Source of the DNA: a virus
Taxonomy: Duplodnaviria; Caudoviricetes
IMG/VR virus record: IMGVR_UViG_3300023257_000113
Span: 1 to 24,260 of that record
DNA: 24,260 bases
Reading direction: 5' to 3' (one strand)
Below are positions 9,701-16,513 of this stretch, in pieces (positions within the stretch are counted from its first letter, which is position 1; each line of letters starts with the position of its first letter). A model generated the notes under the pieces. The model did not search any database, had not been told where the DNA came from, and saw only the letters and a program-made list of their open reading frames with translations. The position numbers and the translations under genes are program-made.

Positions 9701-10038
9701 CCATCATATCCCTGTCCAACGGTTCCGCTACCACCGACTTTGGTGTAACATCCTCCACCACCAGAACCACCATCTTGACCATCTATATAAGCAGAAGAAT
9801 TGTAAGCACCACCACCTCCACCACCAGTTGCTGTGATTGTACTAAACACAGAATCTTCTCCATCTCCGCCAATATCATCATTAGCAGCAGCACCACCATC
9901 TCCAACAGTTATAGAATATGCTTGTGGCGTTACTGTAAGAATTGCATCATATAATAAACCACCTGCACCTCCTCCTCCGCCTACCCATCCTCCGCCTGCA
10001 CCTCCGCCGGCAACAACAAGAGCCTTAACTGTTACCAT
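6787..10038 (-). CDS. Large fibre protein: N-terminal Gly-rich domain, ~37 18-20-aa repeats, C-terminal head-closure-like domain
   Basis: Residues ~1-250 are Gly-rich (LVVAGGGAGG...ANTGGGGGG...GGSGVVIISY). Residues ~260-950 are E-x-h-x-L-S-D repeats. The last 132 aa align without gaps to the 6386-6790 product. Confidence 0.8.
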   Translation of the reverse strand: MVTVKALVVAGGGAGGGWVGGGGGAGGLLYDAILTVTPQAYSITVGDGGAAANDDIGGDGEDSVFSTITATGGGGGGAYNSSAYIDGQDGGSGGGGCYTKVGGSGTVGQGYDGGDPNGNNGGGGGGSSEVGAVGSGAGGDGGDGTANSITGSPVTYGGGGGGGGDSTAGAGGTGGGGAGGIANSNATSGTANTGGGGGGVRTSGYTAGNGGSGVVIISYVTANFGTCTGGTKTTDGDNTVHTFTEDGTFTVVAGGTEYDETYTEEFNFNDLKSLSSNRNIPESFSLSSNFSRRIDFEREYSDSFSLSGDISKQGIKSILENFSLSDLKAISMNRNIDESFNLSDLKTFLIDKNIQETFNLSDLKSFLINKNIQETLNISDGDFANILKTFSESFGLSADLFRQIQKVIILSETTNLTNEQLISLVFLFPGESFNLSDLEIFSMNRNIDDSLSLSDLKTSSINKLNQETFNLSDLKSFFIDHNIQNSFNLSDVTNKGTQTEKYETFNLSDLKTFSMNRNINETFDLSDLKSFLMNKNIEESLSLSDAKSFLIDKNITEILNLSDGDFSNIIKVLNESIGVSAEVLRQLSINRTFSETTTLTNQQTITWGLNFPGEEIGLTDSKTFQINKSLTDVTNLLDEYSKIWTLEREYSESLSLSDEVLKSMFRSLSESLSLLDELTKTVSLNREYSETMNMTDDVTTIATLLKTMIESFNLVEYYSRTWDVRRTLNEIFSITDGDSIAFTRILSEAFGLTDDEVNTLLRELIESYNFSDDLQADKWILKLLTESISTSDEYSKIWDLAREYSEEMNLNASVVKATSRILIDTFELGDSLTRSITKILSESQTMGDVVTKQTIKSLSDVLNLSDGDIHKIIKELVEGLNLTDTKNFTIGRIISEITNLSDDLEVLKIRFLELLESLSLDDGSTFNFIKMLTEDFNFDDFFLNIVFNSFRVASARTDIQAIITEEGIEATLIRQTETKDTTGAVTAVSEASYAIYMSIQDILREDRQLRDMGSAFTGEARIFLFHEYPDSITGNGVVSAQVGDVIKDDDEEYWRIETINGEREMDGSEIFKSAIIKKLELDQ
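7190..9249 (-). repeat. Intragenic degenerate tandem repeat (54-60 bp period)
   Basis: Recurrent plus-strand aatctgataaa/tctgacaaa encoding LSD; units such as ETFNLSDLKSFLINKNIQ. Confidence 0.9.
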
Positions 10039-10112
10039 AATCTCATCCTATCCCATAATTTATCAATAAAAGAATTCTGAGGGAAAAAGAAATGCCAAAT
10101 TTTACGTATCAT
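10032..10112 (-). CDS. 26-aa micro-ORF MIRKIWHFFFPQNSFIDKLWDRMRLW
   Basis: ATGA overlap with the LamG stop, SD-like GTGAGGT just upstream, and a stop overlapping the start of the 1083-aa gene. It fills the gap exactly. Confidence 0.55.
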   Translation of the reverse strand: MIRKIWHFFFPQNSFIDKLWDRMRLW

Positions 10113-10783
10113 CCAAACCTCACATCAAAAATCTTAATAGGTACTGGATCTTCTGTGAATGGATAAGCCAAACCATCTCCACCATTTCTTAATAAAGTTA
10201 CCTCGTCAGAAGTCAAACTTTTATTCCAGATTCCTACTTCATCAATCAATCCGTCCCATAATCCTGTGGTTGAACCTATAAAAATATCTTGTGCTAGAGT
10301 GAATCCACTGTCTATATCACTCCACGTCACAGTTGAAACCCCATTAACATATAAAATAGCACTTGCCCCATTTATAACAGCAACTATATGTGTCCATTCA
10401 TTACTCGCTGTTGCTTGTCCAGTTCCTTCTCCAATTCCATGCGTAGCAATACCAAAATCCCATTTAGATGAATAATTTCCAATATAAAATCTATGGTCTG
10501 ATGTTGCTGATGCCCATATTGCTCCATACTTATCTGATGTATAATCTGTTGGTTTGGCCCAAAATGAAACACTAAACCCAGAATAAAGTGTCGTCCCACT
10601 TCCAAAATTCAAATCTATATTATCATTGGTTCCATCAAAACCAATCGAAGTTCCTATCTTTCCACTTTGAGAATATAAAGCTCCGGTGTATGTCCCGTCG
10701 TTGCTTCCGTGTGCATCTATAATTGAACCACTAGCCTCATCCAATTTATAGTAACTAATTAAACCATCAATTAACGCCATCAT
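10109..10783 (-). CDS. LamG / concanavalin A-like lectin domain protein
   Basis: GLISYYKLDE, FDGTND, FSVSFWAKP, WTHIVAV, LYVNG, GLIDEVGIWNKSLTSDEV. Confidence 0.9.
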   Translation of the reverse strand: MMALIDGLISYYKLDEASGSIIDAHGSNDGTYTGALYSQSGKIGTSIGFDGTNDNIDLNFGSGTTLYSGFSVSFWAKPTDYTSDKYGAIWASATSDHRFYIGNYSSKWDFGIATHGIGEGTGQATASNEWTHIVAVINGASAILYVNGVSTVTWSDIDSGFTLAQDIFIGSTTGLWDGLIDEVGIWNKSLTSDEVTLLRNGGDGLAYPFTEDPVPIKIFDVRFG

Positions 10784-12069
10784 TCCTCCATTAAAGACAT
10801 AATTTTTTTATTCTTTTCTTCGGATCCTTTGAAGTGGCCTGGATGGATATCTTCTGCTCCGAATGAAACTGTGGCCATAATTTTTCCCCCTGGTTTCAAA
10901 AGACTTTTTATCAAAGCAATTGTTTCGTCGAATTTGTCGTCTGGGATATGTTCCAAAACATCAAAGCATAAAATTATATCATACTTATTTTTAAAATCCT
11001 TATGAATCGGCATCGGAATCACTTTAATCTTTTGACGCCTCTTTGTAAATCTATGAGAAATAAAATCTAATGATTTTTTATTGTAATCACAAGCTGAAAC
11101 AATATATTTTTCTTTTGCTAACATGTACGACACTTGACCTGCTCCACTTCCGAAGTCTAGTATCTCTGTTCCTCTGTCAGGGAATTGTTGTTTTATCCCC
11201 TCAACCAATTTCTTATCATAATTTCTTCGTCCCTTAAAATGCCACTCTAAATGATCATAAATTTCAAAGTTATTGTTTTTGTAATATTCCAGGACTTGTT
11301 CTGAGTCTGTGAAGTCCACCTTGTCCATTTCTTCTTTTCTTAATTCGAACCTCTTGACAAATCGTCTCAAAACTTCTTCTCTGGGTACCTTTTCAAATTT
11401 AACTAAATCCTCAATCATTTCTTCTCGATCGTCTTTGTCGATTTTTAATTGTTCTTTGTACATCATAAAATGCGCAGGTCCTACCTCCGCGCCAAAATGC
11501 TCACAGACAACTCCTGTGTTTAAAAAAATCTTATGCCCTTTCTCAACGGCTTCATCACAAAAATATAAATCCTCTGCGATTTGGTATTTGATTCCGTCCT
11601 TCTCTCTCCATTCTAATTTAAAATAAGGAAATTCCATCCCTTCAAATATTTTGGTTTTGATTAAACAACATCCCATCCCGACTCCCTGGACTTCCATTAT
11701 TTGATTAAACTCAAAATCTTCTAGAAAACAATGCTTATCTCCTTCTTTCATTCTTGCCACTGGCAAGTAGGGTTTACCCTTACTAAAATAAAGGCCAGAT
11801 GCAATATCCACATCCATTGCCAATAAAGTATCAAGTGCTCCGCTTGGGATGATTGTGTCTGAGTCGATAAATAAAATATAATCACAATTATCTTTAAGGG
11901 CCATTCTTACAAGTTCGTTTCGTGCCTTGTCAACTATAGTGGAGTTCTGCAAATAAATCTGGACATCGTATCTTTCCTGTTGATAAAATTCACTAATACG
12001 ATTAATGAAATTAACAAAGAAACTTGCTGGAACTACGTTGTATAAAGGCACACATATTCCAATTTTCAT
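10780..12069 (-). CDS. Glycosyltransferase (GT-A, GT2-like) fused to a class I SAM-dependent methyltransferase
   Basis: N-half: IGICVP, ARNELV, YILFIDSD (DxD), GMGCCLI, EDLYFC. C-half: ILDFGSGAG (motif I), YDIILCFDVLEHI, LLKPGG. Confidence 0.9.
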   Translation of the reverse strand: MKIGICVPLYNVVPASFFVNFINRISEFYQQERYDVQIYLQNSTIVDKARNELVRMALKDNCDYILFIDSDTIIPSGALDTLLAMDVDIASGLYFSKGKPYLPVARMKEGDKHCFLEDFEFNQIMEVQGVGMGCCLIKTKIFEGMEFPYFKLEWREKDGIKYQIAEDLYFCDEAVEKGHKIFLNTGVVCEHFGAEVGPAHFMMYKEQLKIDKDDREEMIEDLVKFEKVPREEVLRRFVKRFELRKEEMDKVDFTDSEQVLEYYKNNNFEIYDHLEWHFKGRRNYDKKLVEGIKQQFPDRGTEILDFGSGAGQVSYMLAKEKYIVSACDYNKKSLDFISHRFTKRRQKIKVIPMPIHKDFKNKYDIILCFDVLEHIPDDKFDETIALIKSLLKPGGKIMATVSFGAEDIHPGHFKGSEEKNKKIMSLMEE

Positions 12070-12082
12070 TGTTCTAGGTTAA

Positions 12083-12568
12083 TTACGCAACAGTTACTTT
12101 CCAAGTAATTTGTAAGGTGTCACCATCTGCTACATTGATCGCACTGAATGTCTGTCTACACAACATTGTTCCTTCGCTTGATGCGTTCAAAACTGCTGAT
12201 TCTGTCACTGCTACTGATCCAGTAACTGTAAAAGACTTTAGGAATTGTGCTGTATCATCTGTCACATTTTCTGTCACTGATGTACCAGTTCCGGCTGCTC
12301 TTGCCAAACCATTTTCAGTTTCTTCAGTTTCCAAAGTTGTATCAGTTGCCGTTGCAGTTGTTGTTCCTGTACCTACTGCGATGTAATCGAATGCTGTATA
12401 AGATCCTGCTTGGTCTGTGTTGAACAATCCTGCTACTTCTTTAAACCCTAAATTCATCAATGCGTTTGGAGTATTTACAGTTTCCATCAAATTTCCAACA
12501 TTGTCAAAATGCTCTATTTTAATAAATCCCTGTAGCTGAGCTCCCTCACTTTTTAAATTTTGTTTCAT
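12083..12568 (-). CDS. Small beta-sandwich virion protein (tail-collar-fibre-like); candidate fibre subunit
   Basis: 161 aa with YIAVGTG...DTTLETE...R...TESAVLNA...GTMLCRQTF..INV..GDTLQITWKV. Strong SD GGGAGGT suggests high expression. Confidence 0.65.
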   Translation of the reverse strand: MKQNLKSEGAQLQGFIKIEHFDNVGNLMETVNTPNALMNLGFKEVAGLFNTDQAGSYTAFDYIAVGTGTTTATATDTTLETEETENGLARAAGTGTSVTENVTDDTAQFLKSFTVTGSVAVTESAVLNASSEGTMLCRQTFSAINVADGDTLQITWKVTVA

Positions 12569-12696
12569 TTATTTAACCTCCCATGATTTAGTTGATTATG
12601 AAATACCTGAACATCACATGTGTCGCTTAATCCTACCCTTTCCAGAGTGCCTGGCTTTCTTCCTGCTACTTTGTTTAATCTTTTTAGAATATTCAT
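12565..12696 (-). CDS. 43-aa small protein MNILKRLNKVAGRKPGTLERVGLSDTCDVQVFHNQLNHGRLNK
   Basis: Open frame whose TGA overlaps the ATG of the 161-aa gene. Contains one ERVGLSD motif. Confidence 0.5.
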   Translation of the reverse strand: MNILKRLNKVAGRKPGTLERVGLSDTCDVQVFHNQLNHGRLNK

Positions 12697-12727
12697 AATT
12701 TTTTCTTTGTTATTTGAGATTTGGGAT

Positions 12728-12874
12728 TCATCCATTGTTTTTGGACTCTTTTAATTCTTTTTTCTTAAGGGAATCAATTTCAACAATTCTTCCGGCAATC
12801 TTGGATCTTGAAACTTTTAAGTCTTGTTTGATTTTTCCGTTCTTATCTCTCAAAACGATATCCATTCCTGCCAT
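12728..12874 (-). CDS. 48-aa small protein MAGMDIVLRDKNGKIKQDLKVSRSKIAGRIVEIDSLKKKELKESKNNG
   Basis: ATG lies 21 nt after a TATA box, consistent with a leaderless start. Confidence 0.55.
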   Translation of the reverse strand: MAGMDIVLRDKNGKIKQDLKVSRSKIAGRIVEIDSLKKKELKESKNNG

Positions 12875-12895
12875 GTTACTTTTTAGTTCCCATTA

Positions 12896-12910
12896 TATTT
12901 AAATATTGTT
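12896..12910 (-). promoter_or_regulatory. Archaeal-type TATA promoter for the fibre module
   Basis: AACAATA-TTTAAATA, then 21 nt to ATG 12874. Confidence 0.55.
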
Positions 12911-12911
12911 A

Positions 12912-13733
12912 TCAAATAATATAAGGCCGAATGCTTATTCTAGACATTATTTGGTCTCTCTCCTTTATTAGTTGATTAGCCGCTTCACGCCATTGTGTGT
13001 AAGGTTCACCCTTTTGTATATGCAATTCTCCCAATGTATAACCTGTGTTATCACTATAGGATTGTCCAATAATTCTTGCAACCAATGCAATACCACAAAC
13101 GATATTCATTAACTTTGTGAAGTTGATGTCTATCTCTAGTTTCACGATCGTGCTTCCGGCTTCATGTGTTTCTACGAATTGGTCAATTGTTAATATCCCG
13201 GTTGCTACTGTCGATACCTGCGCGACTTCTCTGTGTCCATCCATTCCAAAAATTTCAACCCAGTCATCCTCTGTGAAATCAGTTGAGCTAGAAACTGCCA
13301 CTGAGATAGCTGTCCCGGCAACCTCATCTTCAGAGGATGATGTGCTGATTGTATCTGAATGAATAACGCTTCCATATAAATATTTCACAACTACTGAATT
13401 CTTTTTATTTGCGAATGTTGGTGATGTTGCTCCGGATCCTAAAAAAATAAAACCTGACTCTTTGTAAACTTCCAAGTTCACTGGATCCTCTGTTTCCCCA
13501 TCAATCTTAATTTCCCTAACTGCCAATACTGGATTCTTCTCCAGGAGATGTCTATTCGTTCCGTCCCCATCATTTATCTCGATTCTTTCTGTTGGTACGA
13601 ATACTGTGTTGAACATTCTTGGGACTTGTTTTTCTACTTCTGCTATTGTGGCCTCAACATCCACATCATTAATCTCTGCGACTTTGATTCCGCACGTTCG
13701 CCTAACACTTGCAACATCTACATAAGTTCCCAT
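12912..13733 (-). CDS. Head-tail adaptor (HK97 gp6 / SPP1 gp15-like) with inserted beta-domains
   Basis: N-terminal YVDVASVRR helix, E..DGDG...PV..V.EIKIDG...VVVKYLYG insert and helical C-terminus; position after the capsid genes. Confidence 0.7.
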   Translation of the reverse strand: MGTYVDVASVRRTCGIKVAEINDVDVEATIAEVEKQVPRMFNTVFVPTERIEINDGDGTNRHLLEKNPVLAVREIKIDGETEDPVNLEVYKESGFIFLGSGATSPTFANKKNSVVVKYLYGSVIHSDTISTSSSEDEVAGTAISVAVSSSTDFTEDDWVEIFGMDGHREVAQVSTVATGILTIDQFVETHEAGSTIVKLEIDINFTKLMNIVCGIALVARIIGQSYSDNTGYTLGELHIQKGEPYTQWREAANQLIKERDQIMSRISIRPYII

Positions 13734-13972
13734 TATCTACTTAGCCCCCATACGATTACTCCTGTCAATAAACTTGCTCCGAAAACCAATATAATTGTCG
13801 CCCATGCTGGCAATCTGCTAGATAAATGATTATAGAGTTTTGTGTTTGTGCTCTTCAAATCAATAAATTCGCCTCTTATCTCTGTCCTAAATTCTTTAAA
13901 ATCATTAGAAACATTCTCAATCATATTCCTAGAAACCTTCCCAAAAGAGCAACCTCCGTTTTCCTTAGCCAT
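13733..13972 (-). CDS. Small coiled-coil protein with one C-terminal transmembrane helix
   Basis: 79 aa; hydrophobic WATIILVFGASLLTGVIVWGL. Confidence 0.7.
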   Translation of the reverse strand: MAKENGGCSFGKVSRNMIENVSNDFKEFRTEIRGEFIDLKSTNTKLYNHLSSRLPAWATIILVFGASLLTGVIVWGLSR

Positions 13973-14342
13973 ATATTTTCACCAATAAATTTTCATAATC
14001 ATCCCTAAACGGCAAACTGCCCCCTAATGCAATTACTTCAATCAGCTTTTCTTTGGTTCCCCATTCGACTATATCCTTCGCAGTCTTTTTCCCGATTCCG
14101 TTAATCGAACATAATTCCTTAAAAAATAAATCGTCAGGCGTATATTGCACTTCTTCAATCTGTTTTGTTTCTACTACCTGGTTCCCTATTTGTCCTTCAG
14201 TAGTTTTAACGGAGAATCCATAAGAAATTCCTAACTCTCTTGATAGTTCTATACTTTCCCCTGTATTTATTGTGGCCCAATAGCAATCGTTTGCTTTCCC
14301 AATACGAATCTTAACTGGCCCACCATTATTGGTGAATTCCAT
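13965..14342 (-). CDS. Helix-hairpin-helix DNA-binding domain protein
   Basis: ELCSINGIGKKTAKDI is an HhH motif. The N-terminal domain resembles the C-terminus of the 14812-15090 product. Confidence 0.75.
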   Translation of the reverse strand: MEFTNNGGPVKIRIGKANDCYWATINTGESIELSRELGISYGFSVKTTEGQIGNQVVETKQIEEVQYTPDDLFFKELCSINGIGKKTAKDIVEWGTKEKLIEVIALGGSLPFRDDYENLLVKIYG

Positions 14343-14343
14343 T

Positions 14344-14718
14344 TTATTCCTCGACCATCAAATACACTGATACCGTTTCTGTGGCTGTACCAGATGCTAA
14401 TGATAATTTAACTCTTCCGTAAACCGTAAACGGTTCATACACTTTTAACGCTGTATACGATAGAACTGTCTCTGCTCCAGTATATGTGCAGACTGGTGTT
14501 CTCGGATAATAAGTCGCGTCTGTGTTTGCTGCTGCTAGATCTAGGATTTTTTGGTCAGATGCCTCTCCGTCCGAATCTAGGTCAACAGTACAAGTATGTG
14601 TAGGATAGTCAACTCCAACAGCGATAACTCTGCCTCTTATAGGTACGCTATAAGCTGAGGCTGTAGTCGCGCCTGCTGCTATTGTTGCCGATATTTTGTA
14701 CTTTGTTATTTTTGACAT
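14344..14718 (-). CDS. Probable virion structural beta-sandwich protein
   Basis: 124 aa, Ala/Thr/Val-rich with beta pattern, SD GGAG, located in the head module. Confidence 0.55.
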   Translation of the reverse strand: MSKITKYKISATIAAGATTASAYSVPIRGRVIAVGVDYPTHTCTVDLDSDGEASDQKILDLAAANTDATYYPRTPVCTYTGAETVLSYTALKVYEPFTVYGRVKLSLASGTATETVSVYLMVEE

Positions 14719-14778
14719 GTTTGTTTCTCCATTTAGTTGGTTTTAAGTCCCTCGACCTCTTGTTTTCCTGAAACAAGA

Positions 14779-14805
14779 AAAAATAATAAAAAATAAAAAA
14801 TAAAA
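14779..14805 (-). terminator. Oligo-U terminator tract
   Basis: Minus strand has several consecutive T4-T6 runs right after the 14812 stop, with no preceding GC hairpin (archaeal style). Confidence 0.5.
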
Positions 14806-14811
14806 TTATAT

Positions 14812-15090
14812 TTATTCAACTCTTGTAAGGTTGTTTGCTAGTGCAATTTTTTCTGGAATTGTTACAATATCGCCTGGCTTAACTGTCATCCAATTAATGT
14901 TTCTTCCATCAACTTCTTTAATCTTAATACCCTTTCCGGTATTATTCTTAAATCGTTGTGGTTTTACTTCAACTGGGTTTGCCTTGATTGGTTTCTTTGC
15001 TTCAACTGGCTTGACTTCTTCGGGTGCTACTTCAACAGATTTCTCTGGTGCTTTGACATCCTCGACTTTTTTGTTCGTGTTTTTTTCCAT
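14812..15090 (-). CDS. Hypothetical protein with a K/E/P-rich disordered N-terminus and a small C-terminal domain
   Basis: Likely start is ATG 15090 (MEKNTNKK), directly after the upstream stop; 92 aa. Confidence 0.65.
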   Translation of the reverse strand: MEKNTNKKVEDVKAPEKSVEVAPEEVKPVEAKKPIKANPVEVKPQRFKNNTGKGIKIKEVDGRNINWMTVKPGDIVTIPEKIALANNLTRVE

Positions 15091-15091
15091 A

Positions 15092-15415
15092 TTATTTGTT
15101 TTGTACAAACTTTTCATATAAGCTGAAATGCTTATCTCCAAGTTTTTTACTGTTATCAAGCGCTATTAATTGCTTGACTATAATATCTACCGCAGCTTCC
15201 CCAAATTCAAAATCAATCTCTTGGTTTCCCTTTTCGTTCCAGGTAATTTGTTTATCATTTTGTTTGATATCAAATAATTTGAACTCCTCGTCTTTTACGC
15301 CGAGATTAAGTTTTAATTCTCTGATAACTCTCAATGTTACAAAATTCCCTTCTGCCGGAAGAATCTCCATTAAGTTGATTCTTTCGCTTAGAGCTAATTT
15401 ATATTTGGTTTTCAT
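15092..15415 (-). CDS. Hypothetical helical protein, possibly a fibre assembly chaperone
   Basis: 107 aa following the fibre-like gene; function inferred from position only. Confidence 0.55.
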   Translation of the reverse strand: MKTKYKLALSERINLMEILPAEGNFVTLRVIRELKLNLGVKDEEFKLFDIKQNDKQITWNEKGNQEIDFEFGEAAVDIIVKQLIALDNSKKLGDKHFSLYEKFVQNK

Positions 15416-15425
15416 ACGATAAAAA

Positions 15426-16082
15426 TTATGACGCAGTAAGCATTATATAGTATGGTGTTGAACCTACTACGATTCTCGCTTTATGCGAAAATTTAGTTTC
15501 GTCATCATCGGCTACTATCATATTTCCTGATGCTACAGTGTGTCCTTGTATTGACAATAAGTTTACGTCATCATCTACATCTGCAATTCCATTCGCGTTT
15601 CCGCTATTTGTAATTTGGATATAAGATAAATTAGTTACTCCGTCTGGATCACTTGCTGCTCCATCTGAATATATTTCTGCCATTAAAGGCGATAAGTTTC
15701 CACCTGTCCAACCAGCGTCATCTGGAATATGCAATGTATTTCTACTTGCTACTCCTAATCCGCTAAGTTCTCCGCTATCAGCAAAGTTTAACGATATGTG
15801 TGCTCCATGAGCAGTTCCACATGCTACATCGTTTATTGTCGTGAATATTCGTGCAGCTTCTCCACCTGCTCCAGCTCCGCTTAAATAAAGTCTTAAATAC
15901 ATTGCTCGATTGTCACCGCTTGTCGCAGTTGTTTCGAGATAATATTGTAAGAATTTAATGTTTGCAGCTGATGTTGTTATTGGCACAGAACTTGTTCCTG
16001 CCAATACCATTGGTGAAGATGATGTAAGTCCGTTAGCTCCGCTGTGATTTATCTTTCCAGATATTTCTCCAAATCTTGTCAT
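15426..16082 (-). CDS. Probable head fibre / beta-helical decoration protein
   Basis: 218 aa with alternating small/hydrophobic beta repeats and a C-terminal HKARIVVGSTPYYIML hairpin. Confidence 0.5.
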   Translation of the reverse strand: MTRFGEISGKINHSGANGLTSSSPMVLAGTSSVPITTSAANIKFLQYYLETTATSGDNRAMYLRLYLSGAGAGGEAARIFTTINDVACGTAHGAHISLNFADSGELSGLGVASRNTLHIPDDAGWTGGNLSPLMAEIYSDGAASDPDGVTNLSYIQITNSGNANGIADVDDDVNLLSIQGHTVASGNMIVADDDETKFSHKARIVVGSTPYYIMLTAS

Positions 16083-16103
16083 TTTAATTTAATAAAATAA
16101 CAA

Positions 16104-16397
16104 CTATTTACAACGAAGTACGATGGTCTTTGCTCCAGTATTTGAACCGCCAAGTGTAACTACTAAAACTCCTGAACTTACTACCGTTGTTGGTGCTTCT
16201 GATACAACTACGCTTCCTGTTGTAGTCTGATCATAAACGTCAATAGATAATAGTTTTGTTGCTCCGTAATCATTCAAGTCGATTTGAACTGTGTCAGTTC
16301 CACCTATTACAGTGGCTGCCAATTCCCACATTAATACCTTAACTCCTGCGTTTGGGGATTCCTGTGTAACTGTTCCTACTTCTCCTAATGCTGTCAT
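16104..16397 (-). CDS. Probable capsid decoration / cement protein
   Basis: 97 aa, V/T/G-rich all-beta protein directly after the MCP, with SD GGAGG. Confidence 0.6.
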   Translation of the reverse strand: MTALGEVGTVTQESPNAGVKVLMWELAATVIGGTDTVQIDLNDYGATKLLSIDVYDQTTTGSVVVSEAPTTVVSSGVLVVTLGGSNTGAKTIVLRCK

Positions 16398-16430
16398 TAT
16401 TTTTCCTCCATTTTGTATTTAGTTGTTTTT

Positions 16431-16505
16431 GTCCTTATCGTGGACGATTCGCCTTACAATTTGTCGCCAGTAAGATGACGAAATATTTAAAAAAAAATAA
16501 ATAAA
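16431..16505 (-). terminator. U9 tract followed by two hairpins between the MCP and decoration genes
   Basis: T9 at 16497-16489; stem TTCGT-cat-CTTAC/GTAAG-GCGAA (16482-16448); GTCC/GGAC hairpin (16445-16431). Confidence 0.5.
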
Positions 16506-16513
16506 TTATTGAT

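Noticed and set aside
12876-12893. Short uORF MGTKK* or a frameshifted start for the 48-aa gene
   Set aside because: It lies within the TATA-to-start spacer, so it is probably not transcribed.
13733-13972. Holin call for the 79-aa membrane protein
   Set aside because: It has a single TM helix and no adjacent endolysin, so the evidence is insufficient.
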